A stretch of DNA of 64,000 nucleotides, taken from a virus. Lineage: Duplodnaviria; Caudoviricetes. Shown here piece after piece: positions 29,401 to 38,643 of this stretch; positions within the stretch are counted from its first letter, which is position 1; each line of letters opens with the position of its first letter. A program made the position numbers and the translations under genes. Under the pieces are notes generated by a model. The model searched no databases and had not been told where the DNA came from. It was given only the letters and a program-made list of their open reading frames with translations. Location of the stretch: the IMG/VR virus record IMGVR_UViG_3300028374_000002, positions 128,001 through 192,000 of that record; one strand, given 5' to 3'.

Positions 29401-31132
29401 ATTTTTTCTCAAATTTTATTTTACCACAGTCCCATATCTTCTTATAGTTATTATCTTTCATAAATTTACTTTCTGTTAGATTTGTATTTAAATTAGATTT
29501 TTTATAATTTGACTTATGTATTCTCTTACAACCAACGATATATTTATAGTCTGGTTTTGTTTCTTTAATTTTCACAAATCCTAAGTTTTTATATAGACCA
29601 CCATCAGACCAGTCGCTATCAGCATAACTTATTAATCTTTTGGGACTGTGATTTTTAACGAAATAACTCAATAATTTACTAGCACCTCCAATTACAGAAG
29701 TATTCTTTTTATTACAGAATCTGTTAAGATTCCACTCATCACTCATCATTCTTTTTCTACCTTCTAAATGATCAAAGGTCATTATACTAACCAATTCTTC
29801 ATTGTGGTACAGTCCCAATTTTAGTGAGGATTTTGCTCTTCCCTGTATATGATTTTTGTCTAAGAAATTAGTTACAATCTTCGTATTTTTTATTTCTTTT
29901 ATAACACATTTTCTAGCACCTATTTTATTACTTATACTCAACCAGTTACATATTTGTGATTTTAGTATTTCTATATTATTTACCCAATCATCTTCCCATA
30001 TATGTATTATTCTGATTCCTTTATCAAGAAAATATTTACTCTTATCATAGTGATAGTTTTTTTCTTTATATTCTTCTGAATGCCAGTATAATCCATTAAA
30101 TTCAAAACCTATATTAAGTTCTGGTAAGTAAACATCTATTTCTAAACCATCTCTATAAGATTTTATTATAGAACCATTATATTTAGAAGTTATATATTCT
30201 AGTAGTTCTTTCTCTTTTATTGATTGTGAACTGCTTATGGGATAACATGTAGTACAAAGTGGTAGGTTAGACCTTGACCTTTTTAAATAATTATCTATAT
30301 GTATTTTATAATCATGTTCTTTGTAACACCTCATCAAAGAGATACCATTATCAATATACTTAATGTAATTATCATCACTAGATATTGAGAACTTTCCTGG
30401 TCTGAATATATCAGATTTCATAATATTATCAGAATCCCATTTATTAGACATAGTCTTTTTATTTTTTATCTTAAAATCATCAGATAGTAAATAGTTAGAT
30501 TGACCATACCTATCCTTATTAGTCTTATTAACACTTTGTCTAACACTTTCTAACATTGAAGGATTTTCAACACCATATTTTCTTATGTTTGTAGTCCTTG
30601 ATTTATCTCTTACTTTTTTTGACATCATTGGATACTCGACACCATGATTTTTAAGACAAGTTTCTTTAAATTTATTTTTAAAATGCTTTGATTTAGATAT
30701 ATGGTCTACTCCATACTTATCAATTAATGTTTGGGATGACTTTTTTCTTATTTTTTTTGATTGTTGTAAGTATTCAACACCATATTTTTCTATATTGGTC
30801 TTTTTAACGCTTTCTTGTATTTCTTTTAGCATCATAGGATGGTCTACACCGTATTTTTTTATACTAGTTTCTTTAGCCTTTAGAGATCCACACTTCATAC
30901 AACAGGCATACTTACTACCATTTGATATATTTCTAAAATACTCTTTTATCTGTATATTGACTTCCTTGTTACAAAAATCACAAGATACATCCACATCGAG
31001 TCTTGATCCCTTGGATATATGTTCTATTTTTATTTCTATTTCATCTTTATGAACTTCATACCCAAGTGATTTATAATATTTTATCTTTCTACACCCTTTG
31101 GTCTTTATTGTTATGGTCTTTTTTATTATCAT
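29396..31132 (-). CDS. Hef-like homing endonuclease
   Basis: KYGV repeats; IDVYLPELNIGFEFNGLYWHSE; HIWEDDW; LNRFC. Confidence 0.75.
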   Translation of the reverse strand: MIIKKTITIKTKGCRKIKYYKSLGYEVHKDEIEIKIEHISKGSRLDVDVSCDFCNKEVNIQIKEYFRNISNGSKYACCMKCGSLKAKETSIKKYGVDHPMMLKEIQESVKKTNIEKYGVEYLQQSKKIRKKSSQTLIDKYGVDHISKSKHFKNKFKETCLKNHGVEYPMMSKKVRDKSRTTNIRKYGVENPSMLESVRQSVNKTNKDRYGQSNYLLSDDFKIKNKKTMSNKWDSDNIMKSDIFRPGKFSISSDDNYIKYIDNGISLMRCYKEHDYKIHIDNYLKRSRSNLPLCTTCYPISSSQSIKEKELLEYITSKYNGSIIKSYRDGLEIDVYLPELNIGFEFNGLYWHSEEYKEKNYHYDKSKYFLDKGIRIIHIWEDDWVNNIEILKSQICNWLSISNKIGARKCVIKEIKNTKIVTNFLDKNHIQGRAKSSLKLGLYHNEELVSIMTFDHLEGRKRMMSDEWNLNRFCNKKNTSVIGGASKLLSYFVKNHSPKRLISYADSDWSDGGLYKNLGFVKIKETKPDYKYIVGCKRIHKSNYKKSNLNTNLTESKFMKDNNYKKIWDCGKIKFEKKY

Positions 31133-31175
31133 AGCTTAATTCTTATATGCAATTTGTCTTTGGAAGTTTCAAACA

Positions 31176-31208
31176 AAAAAAGCTCTTGAATAACAAGAGC
31201 TTTTTAAT
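31176..31208. terminator. Terminator hairpin, copy 2 (identical to 29368-29400)
   Basis: Same 33-nt sequence on the other side of the endonuclease gene. Confidence 0.8.
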
Positions 31209-31227
31209 TTAAAAACTTTTAATGTAT

Positions 31228-32514
31228 TTATTTACTTAACTTCACTTTTTCATTATATTGAAGTTCTTTTACCCCACCTAATTCGGACTTAAGATTTTTA
31301 TGTCTTTTCTCTAGATTTACCAATGCAGTAGAAAGTGTAGTAGACTCCCCAATCATTTGTATAGAACCCTTTACTTTTTCAATGTTAAAATTGACATCCT
31401 CTAGTTTTAAAGTGATTTCTCTTTCCTTATCTTCTAGTTTTCTCTTAACCATTGTTTCTTTACCCAACTTATTCTCATAAAAATAAGTTAAATCGTAGTT
31501 AAGTTCGTTTCGGACTTCATTTACTAATTCGATTGCAGATTCAAATTGAAAGAAGCTATTTCCATATCTCTCATCACATCTATATAAGAAGGTTGCGTTC
31601 TTATAGTTAAAGGCATAACATTCTAAATAAGGATTTATTAAGTTATCAATTTTTTTAACAACGTCTAGTTCTACAAATTTATCCATATTTTTAGCAACTT
31701 CTTGAATAACTGGATAGAAGTTCTTGTTTATAATTGGTATAATAGGTGAATTAAATAATGATTCTAATGTACTTTCATCTTCAAGTTCATCATCATTAAT
31801 ATAAATAGATTTATTATCTACACCAAGACCTATAGTTAAATGTTCAGAAATTCTAAAATTTATTTTATCATTATCTATTTGAGCATATGTCATAGCAGAT
31901 TCAATCAATCTTAATTTTCTAAGTTCTGATTCTTCTTTTATATGATCTTCTAATAGTGTTTTCTCAATTGCATCTTCTGTTAATAGAAACCATGAATCTT
32001 TGACAAGTGCTATATGACCATTCTCTACTTGTTCTACTATTGTGTGAACTGACTCTCCCTGACCACCACTAAGTAAATTTGATTTTTTCTCAGGTGAAGA
32101 AGTTAAGTTATGTACAAATAGTTTTATCTCTGGCACCCACTCATATATCGATAACTCATTAAGAACTTTTGACATTCTGTCTTGGTCTGATTGAAGGTTA
32201 ATTGTTTCTAGAAGAACGTTTATAGGCTGTCTATATAATTCTCCTTGGTTTTTGGAATTAAGAACATTATACAAGTTTTTAAGTTCGTATAAAAGTTGAT
32301 ACTCATCCATATCGGTGTTTAACCCTTCTAGCAGAGATTTTACTTGTTTGTCGTATGTATAAGGTTTCAACCTTTCATTCAAAGAAGTAATAATATTTTT
32401 CTCTGATTCATCGTTACAAACATTCATATGTCCCTCTACTATATTAGAGATTTCTTCTTGATCAAGCGAAAGTTCTCTTTTGAAGTTAAACAACTCTAGT
32501 TTAAGATTCTTCAT
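31228..32514 (-). CDS. Hypothetical protein, probably virion or morphogenesis related
   Basis: 428-aa ORF with a C-terminal coiled coil; late-type motif upstream. Confidence 0.6.
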   Translation of the reverse strand: MKNLKLELFNFKRELSLDQEEISNIVEGHMNVCNDESEKNIITSLNERLKPYTYDKQVKSLLEGLNTDMDEYQLLYELKNLYNVLNSKNQGELYRQPINVLLETINLQSDQDRMSKVLNELSIYEWVPEIKLFVHNLTSSPEKKSNLLSGGQGESVHTIVEQVENGHIALVKDSWFLLTEDAIEKTLLEDHIKEESELRKLRLIESAMTYAQIDNDKINFRISEHLTIGLGVDNKSIYINDDELEDESTLESLFNSPIIPIINKNFYPVIQEVAKNMDKFVELDVVKKIDNLINPYLECYAFNYKNATFLYRCDERYGNSFFQFESAIELVNEVRNELNYDLTYFYENKLGKETMVKRKLEDKEREITLKLEDVNFNIEKVKGSIQMIGESTTLSTALVNLEKRHKNLKSELGGVKELQYNEKVKLSK

Positions 32515-32578
32515 GTGTTATTATTTTATTTTTTTTCTATATTGTATATATTAATAGCAAAAAGCCATTTTTTTCTAT

Positions 32579-33511
32579 TTATTTATTATTTTGTCTATCA
32601 CTTGGGGATTCTCCGTTAGGATTGCTATCTTGTGGAGCATTCCTTTCTCTTGCTTTTAGTATATTGTTGTACCACTTACTTTTCTTAGGACTAATGGAGT
32701 ATCCATCTTCTGAATTAACATAAGGCCAACTACTCTTGTCTGTAAAGCTACCCTTACCCCCTGGATTACCTACAAAATCTTGATCAGGGCTAAAGTAATC
32801 ACTATATCCACCAGTTGTTTGATAACCGTTTTGGTCAGTCATACCATCTCCCTCTTTAGTATAACCAGGTGTGTCTATTTTGTCTTTTCTAAACGCTGGG
32901 TAGTATGTTTGTACCTCAAATGATATTGACATTTTTATTTCATTACTTGAAGATAAGTCCTTTTCACGAGTTATTTCTATATTAGATTCATCTGGTGTTA
33001 AAAGAACTGCATCTATGTTCATATAGTTATGCTCAAAATACATAAATCTATATAACCAAAGTGTATCCAATAGTGCTTGACTACACTTAAATGTGTCTAT
33101 TTCATTAGCTAACGTTATTTCTAGGTCATATAATACACTTACAGGTACTGCTCTTACTCTATTAAGTGTTTTTCTAACCTCTATTTTATTCTCAACTACT
33201 GTTCTTAACCAAACATTTGGATTTGCAAATTCATCAGATCTTACATTAAATGATTTAAGGGATATATGTCCTCTTGGTATAATATCCGTGTTTAGTTCAA
33301 CTTTTCTACTACCAGATGCTATATCATCTTGGAAACTGTCTAATAAAAACCGCTCATCACCTGTCATAGAGTAATACATTGGTACCTCAACTGCATAATC
33401 ACCAGATGAGAATCTATTTACCCATCTTAGGCTACCCTCAAGTGTATCTAATACACAAACTGTTAAGTCTCTAAAGAATGTGTCATCCATGTTTTTTCTA
33501 TTTCCTATCAT
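32579..33511 (-). CDS. gp15: Tail terminator / sheath stabiliser (T4 gp15-like)
   Basis: DTFFRDL, VPMYYS..ERFL, IPRG motifs. Confidence 0.6.
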   Translation of the reverse strand: MIGNRKNMDDTFFRDLTVCVLDTLEGSLRWVNRFSSGDYAVEVPMYYSMTGDERFLLDSFQDDIASGSRKVELNTDIIPRGHISLKSFNVRSDEFANPNVWLRTVVENKIEVRKTLNRVRAVPVSVLYDLEITLANEIDTFKCSQALLDTLWLYRFMYFEHNYMNIDAVLLTPDESNIEITREKDLSSSNEIKMSISFEVQTYYPAFRKDKIDTPGYTKEGDGMTDQNGYQTTGGYSDYFSPDQDFVGNPGGKGSFTDKSSWPYVNSEDGYSISPKKSKWYNNILKARERNAPQDSNPNGESPSDRQNNK

Positions 33512-33583
33512 ATTTTTATATATTAAATTAAACTTTCTCTAATCTAATTAATAAGTAATGTATACAATACTAAACAAAAAGAC

Positions 33584-34549
33584 ATGAGTGTGAACAAATT
33601 ACTCCTATGGGAGAAGTGGAGACCTAAAAAGGTAGAAGATATGATACTTCTTCCTAGAATTAAAAAACATTTTGAAAATGGGATAGAAGGAAATTATATA
33701 TTCTATGGACATTACGGAACTGGGAAAACATCATTATCTAGGATACTGGTTGGTAGATACACAAAAGATAAACCTTATATAGAGATAAATAGTTCCTTAT
33801 ACACATCCATTGATGTACTTAGGAATGAAATAGAGGATTTTTGTAGATTCACACCAATGATAGATGCTGGTGATGGAACTAAATATGTTTTTTTAGATGA
33901 GTTTGAGAGAGTTTCTATACAATTTCAGGATGCATTTAAAGCATTCATTGAAAAATATAGTAAAAATGGTGTTAGATTTATAATAACCACGAACCATATC
34001 AATAAGATATCGGATGGTATAAAGTCTAGAATCCCACAGATAAATTTTGATTGTGAGAATATAGAGGAAGAAAAGTTTTTAAAAAAAGAAATTTTCAAAA
34101 AAATTCAAAACGAAATATTACCAAGCGAAGGTAATACTATACCCAAAGAGGATCTAATAAAAATAGTAACAAAGAAATTCCCAGACTTTAGATCAACAAT
34201 CGAGGAGGTTCAAAGTTATATAAGAACAGGTGGCACATCTTCTAGTTCATCTAATGTATCAAACGTGGTTAAACTAGAACTTTATGAGGTACTGTATAAT
34301 TCCGAGCTAGATTATGAGCAAATATATCATTTTTTGATGTCTAAATTTGGCTCTGAAAGAATAGATGTTATGATTAAGCTTTTAGGTAAGCCACTCATAG
34401 ATTGGTCAATTGATGGAAACAAAAATATAGATAAATTATTTGAGTGTAATTTTATAATATCTGACTATTCTAATTTATTAGAAAACTCGACTGATCCTAT
34501 AGTTCTTGGTCTAACAGTAATTGGTAAACTTAGAAAAATTTTAATCTAA
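33584..34549 (+). CDS. gp44: Clamp loader large subunit (gp44/RFC)
   Basis: WEKWRPK, GHYGTGKT, LDEFE, SR motif, FPDFR. Confidence 0.88.
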   Translation: MSVNKLLLWEKWRPKKVEDMILLPRIKKHFENGIEGNYIFYGHYGTGKTSLSRILVGRYTKDKPYIEINSSLYTSIDVLRNEIEDFCRFTPMIDAGDGTKYVFLDEFERVSIQFQDAFKAFIEKYSKNGVRFIITTNHINKISDGIKSRIPQINFDCENIEEEKFLKKEIFKKIQNEILPSEGNTIPKEDLIKIVTKKFPDFRSTIEEVQSYIRTGGTSSSSSNVSNVVKLELYEVLYNSELDYEQIYHFLMSKFGSERIDVMIKLLGKPLIDWSIDGNKNIDKLFECNFIISDYSNLLENSTDPIVLGLTVIGKLRKILI

Positions 34550-35137
34550 ATTTTTAAATACATGTGAAGATGTGTATATAGATACATCATTACCAACTAC
34601 CATAACACCTACATTTCCTTTATGATGTGGGTGTTCTATTATCTTATTTACAACACCTAATTCTTCACCATAAGTAGCCTTGTATATAAAATCACCCACT
34701 TTAATATCTTGAGCCTTTCTATTTTCGCTTAACCACTTTTTTAATTCGTTCTTTATTTGCCTCTTAGTTTTCACTCGCTTAATTTCATCACCATTACCCT
34801 TTTTGTTATTACATCCATAACACATTGGTTGGTAATTATCAATATGATTAGCACCGCCCTTAGACTTAGGGATAATGTGGTCAACGTTTAATGGATAAAG
34901 GTTGTCATCATATATGTCAATATGAATGTTCCCTGCCTTATCTAATCCATGACCTATTTGTGTTCCTACGTGTCCACATTCTACACATTTAACACCTTTG
35001 TGATAGAATGTTTGTAGTCTCCTATGATCTTTGTATTTATATAGGTTTTCAAGAGGCTCTGTTTTAAATATTTTATATTTAAATACTTTAGCTTTTTGTG
35101 TTTCTTTTAATTCTTTAAAATTTTCTAATACTTTCAT
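34541..35137 (-). CDS. HNH endonuclease
   Basis: CVECG...NVDHIIPKSKGGANHIDNYQPMCYGCNNKKG. Confidence 0.85.
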   Translation of the reverse strand: MKVLENFKELKETQKAKVFKYKIFKTEPLENLYKYKDHRRLQTFYHKGVKCVECGHVGTQIGHGLDKAGNIHIDIYDDNLYPLNVDHIIPKSKGGANHIDNYQPMCYGCNNKKGNGDEIKRVKTKRQIKNELKKWLSENRKAQDIKVGDFIYKATYGEELGVVNKIIEHPHHKGNVGVMVVGNDVSIYTSSHVFKNLD

Positions 35138-35185
35138 ATTCTATATATTTTATATGCAAAGATAAACAAAATTAATATATAAACA

Positions 35186-35563
35186 ATGGCATCACTTAGT
35201 TTTACCGATTTTTACATAAAATACCCTGGGCATCCTAGTTTTAACAACATAGAATTGGTTGAAGATGATGTCATAAGAGTTATTGTGCAGAAGTACGAGA
35301 TGATAATATTCACAAATAAGGGTGATTTATTAGGCGATCCTAATTTTGGTGCTGATTTACCAAACCTATTGTACGAAACTAAATTATCTGCCGAATTTAT
35401 AGAGGGGGATATTAAAGCACAAATAGCAGACTATATTCCAGAGGTTGATAACATTGAGTATGAACTTAAAGTTGAATTTTTTGAAGATCCTGATAGGTTT
35501 CAAGAATATATGGTAATTGGTTTTAAGATAAGAGACATAGAGATATTTGCCAGCGTACTATAA
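35186..35563 (+). CDS. gp25: Baseplate wedge protein (gp25/GPW-like)
   Basis: IFTNKGDLLGDPNFGADL..LLYE...I..QI..YIP pattern. Confidence 0.7.
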   Translation: MASLSFTDFYIKYPGHPSFNNIELVEDDVIRVIVQKYEMIIFTNKGDLLGDPNFGADLPNLLYETKLSAEFIEGDIKAQIADYIPEVDNIEYELKVEFFEDPDRFQEYMVIGFKIRDIEIFASVL

Positions 35564-36178
35564 TTATTTAATAGGACAATTTTTACCAGAGTATATATAT
35601 CCTTTGTTTCTAGATATATCAACACCAATCGATTTACTAGAAATATAAACATCTTCTAGACATTCAGTATCAGAACCACCTACTATAACATATCTTCTAT
35701 ACTTATCATTACTTAGTCTTTTATATAGTTTTTTAGGGATTTGAAACCATTTATGATTATTTCCAATATATACAATTGCAGTTCCCTTAGTTGTTTTGAA
35801 TATATCACCTTTATTTAGTTTATCATTACTTTCTTTATTCTTTATGTTATCATAGGTGTTTTTATCTAATATCTTTTTATAGTAATCTACACTAACATCA
35901 TAGTTATACCTTTTTTCTATAATTTCAGTTTGGTTAGGAAAATGATATAAATCCTGCTCAATATTTATTTCTGGGTCATGATCAAATAAATATTCGTTCC
36001 CCACTTTACCATTTATGTGATTATCCCATATTTGGAACACCTCATCAAATTCATTACAATACTTTTTTAATTCCTTAACATAATTATCAGTAAAATACTT
36101 TTTAAAACTTTTTTGAACATCAACGATTATAAGAATATCATCAGTTCTATTACTTTCAAATGTATTTATGTATTTCAT
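35564..36178 (-). CDS. Cysteine hydrolase (isochorismatase/nicotinamidase-like)
   Basis: LIIVDVQKSF, W.NH, EKRY, VGGSDTECL; N-terminal MKYINTFES. Confidence 0.65.
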   Translation of the reverse strand: MKYINTFESNRTDDILIIVDVQKSFKKYFTDNYVKELKKYCNEFDEVFQIWDNHINGKVGNEYLFDHDPEINIEQDLYHFPNQTEIIEKRYNYDVSVDYYKKILDKNTYDNIKNKESNDKLNKGDIFKTTKGTAIVYIGNNHKWFQIPKKLYKRLSNDKYRRYVIVGGSDTECLEDVYISSKSIGVDISRNKGYIYSGKNCPIK

Positions 36179-36246
36179 AGTATTATATATTAAAAATCCC
36201 CATCATTTCTTTGACAGGGATTTAATTTATTTGGTACTTTTAATTA

Positions 36247-36807
36247 TTATATTGGCAAATCTTCATCATCATCTTCCTCTACATCTTCAAACCCTTCTTC
36301 GTCTTGTGCTTGTTGTGTTTGGTCTTGTTGTGTTTGGTCTTCTTCATCTTGCATTTGTGCTTTGTCAAATCCTTCTTCAGCTTGAATTTGTGTTTCGTCT
36401 TGCGTCTCTTCTTGACCACCTTGCATTTGTGTTTCATCTTGCATCTCTTCTTGGCTACCATCCATTTGTGTTTGGATTTGAGGTTGTGTTTGTACTTGAT
36501 CACCTTCACTATCACCACCTATCAAGGCTCTTGAAGATAGTATGTCATTATCTAAGAACTTTTTAGCAACATGCTTAACTAACTCTTCTGCAATGTCGAA
36601 ATCGCCAAAAAGTTTCTTTAAGTCCTCACCTGTTTCATCTTTTACTTTCTTACTATAAGCGTTTATAAGACTTTTAGGAACATCAATAGTTGTTCTAACT
36701 TTATATGTATCTTCTACTTGAAATACATTTTCATTTATATTTGGTGTTTTGTCTTTACTAACTTTCTTATCTGTTCTATGTGATTCGAAATTTTGAATGC
36801 GTTTCAT
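36247..36807 (-). CDS. Hypothetical protein with Gln/Asp/Glu-rich tail, N-terminal MKRIQNFES
   Basis: ORF track; low-complexity QDETQ repeats. Confidence 0.6.
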   Translation of the reverse strand: MKRIQNFESHRTDKKVSKDKTPNINENVFQVEDTYKVRTTIDVPKSLINAYSKKVKDETGEDLKKLFGDFDIAEELVKHVAKKFLDNDILSSRALIGGDSEGDQVQTQPQIQTQMDGSQEEMQDETQMQGGQEETQDETQIQAEEGFDKAQMQDEEDQTQQDQTQQAQDEEGFEDVEEDDDEDLPI

Positions 36808-36860
36808 AATTTTTGTTATTTTTATAATTTATATATTAATATCTTAAACTCTCTTTTTTG

Positions 36861-37358
36861 CTATAATGATCCACCAATTAAGAATGCACCTATTATAACA
36901 ATAATGCTACTAACACCACCCCAAAACACTTTTTTCTCTAATTTATCGACTTGTGTTTCATATATATCAACTTTAGTATTCAAATTACCAACTTGTGATC
37001 TATAAGTTTCTTCTATTAACATATTATTAGCTATTTGTGATTGTAAGTTTAATATTTGTTCGTCTTTATTGTTTACTAACTCAAATAAATTGGTTATTTG
37101 TATCTCTTGCTCACCTATAACTTTCTCTAAATCATTTACAACCCTTATTGTTATTGAATCCAAGCCTTGTCCTAATATGTCATTCTTTTCCATAAGTTCT
37201 AGTATATCTAACTTAGTATCAACATATCTAGCTTGTTCCATTGTTATAACAACATATTGATTACCTAAAGAATCTTTTTCATATTTAGGATAATCTTGAC
37301 CATATAGAGCAAATGTTGATAGGATGGCTATCAAAGTTATTATTATTTTTTTTCTCAT
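36861..37358 (-). CDS. Signal peptide + coiled coil + C-terminal transmembrane protein
   Basis: MRKKIIITLIAILSTFALYG signal; C-terminal VFWGGVSSIIVIIGAFL. Confidence 0.6.
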   Translation of the reverse strand: MRKKIIITLIAILSTFALYGQDYPKYEKDSLGNQYVVITMEQARYVDTKLDILELMEKNDILGQGLDSITIRVVNDLEKVIGEQEIQITNLFELVNNKDEQILNLQSQIANNMLIEETYRSQVGNLNTKVDIYETQVDKLEKKVFWGGVSSIIVIIGAFLIGGSL

Positions 37359-37768
37359 TTATTTAATTTTATTTTTAAAGATTTAAGCAATCTCTCATCA
37401 CTTTTATCAGGTGCTTTATTTAGGCTATCTATTTCTTTTTTATTCTTTTCTATTTTAGCTTGCAGAGATTTTAATAATTTCTTACTAAGATATGCTTCTC
37501 TCTTAGCTTGTATTATAGAATCTTGGCTTTGTTCTATCTTTGTAGAAAGTATACTATCCATTTCTTTTAATAAAACATATTCTCCCTTTATACTATCTAA
37601 TTCAAATGTCAAGGAATCTCTTTTGGCTATAAGACTCTCATTTTTAGCATTAAGCCTTTCTATATCTTCCTTGTATGAATCATCTGTTTCGAAATATTCC
37701 TTGTATATAAAAAATACTAATAGAAAGAATAAGACTGTTATTAGTATTGATTTATTATCTAATTTCAT
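37355..37768 (-). CDS. N-terminal transmembrane + coiled-coil protein (i-spanin-like topology)
   Basis: ILITVLFFLLVFFIY followed by heptads; overlaps the next gene by 4 nt. Confidence 0.55.
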   Translation of the reverse strand: MKLDNKSILITVLFFLLVFFIYKEYFETDDSYKEDIERLNAKNESLIAKRDSLTFELDSIKGEYVLLKEMDSILSTKIEQSQDSIIQAKREAYLSKKLLKSLQAKIEKNKKEIDSLNKAPDKSDERLLKSLKIKLNK

Positions 37769-37836
37769 ATATTTTATTTTTTTTCTTATATATTATATTG
37801 CATTATCCACATATTATTTATATATTTGTCAAAAAA

Positions 37837-38355
37837 ATGATTAGAGAATTATACTGTTTTGATTTTGATAAAACACTGTGCTTAACACCAGAGCCAAAAG
37901 AAGGTAAAGTTATATGGAAAGAAAAGACTGGTGAGGATTGGGGACACCGAGGTTGGTGGGGTAAGCCTGACTCTTTAGATACTAGTGTATTTGATATACC
38001 AAAGGTTGATTGGATTTATGAAGAATATCTAAGGGCAGTTGCTAGACCAGGTTCTTACGTCATTATGGCTACTGGGAGACAGAATAGAGTAATGGGAATG
38101 AGATCCCGTGTTGAAGAAATTATTAGAAGCCACAATATGTCCTTTGATGAGGTTCATTTATGTAGTGGTCACGATACATTTACATTTAAAGTAAAGCTAT
38201 TTGAAAATCAAATAGAAAATACTAAATGTGAACACTTCACTATGTATGATGATAGGGCTGAGCATTTAGAAAAATTCGCTAGGTGGGGAGAAACACAAAA
38301 GATAAAGATTACAATAATCGACTCAATTAACAAAACTATAAAAACATTTAATTAA
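37837..38355 (+). CDS. HAD phosphatase (Swiss-army-knife RNA-repair type); start reassigned to MIRELY
   Basis: FDFDKTL, GWWGKP, ATGR, MYDDRAEH; TATATTTG at 37821-37828. Confidence 0.75.
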   Translation: MIRELYCFDFDKTLCLTPEPKEGKVIWKEKTGEDWGHRGWWGKPDSLDTSVFDIPKVDWIYEEYLRAVARPGSYVIMATGRQNRVMGMRSRVEEIIRSHNMSFDEVHLCSGHDTFTFKVKLFENQIENTKCEHFTMYDDRAEHLEKFARWGETQKIKITIIDSINKTIKTFN

Positions 38356-38360
38356 TAGCT

Positions 38361-38639
38361 ATGACAAAGATAAAAGAAGAAACTAAGACAGAAGTAGAAG
38401 AAATATTATCTAGTCCATATAGACTAGATTTACACAATGACTCCCATAATTCATTTGAACATGTTATTAAGTGTTTGATAAATATATGTGGACACGAAAA
38501 AGAACAAGCAAATCAATGTGCACACATTGTACACTTTAAAGGTATTTGTGATGTTAAGTATGGTGATTATGAGACTATTTCTAGTATGAAAGAAAAATTG
38601 TCAAATAATGGACTGCTTGTTACTATGGAGGAAAACTAG
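38361..38639 (+). CDS. clpS: ClpS N-degron adaptor
   Basis: LHNDSHNSFEHVIKCL...HEKEQANQCAHIVHFKG.CDVKYG. Confidence 0.85.
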   Translation: MTKIKEETKTEVEEILSSPYRLDLHNDSHNSFEHVIKCLINICGHEKEQANQCAHIVHFKGICDVKYGDYETISSMKEKLSNNGLLVTMEEN

Positions 38640-38643
38640 CTGA

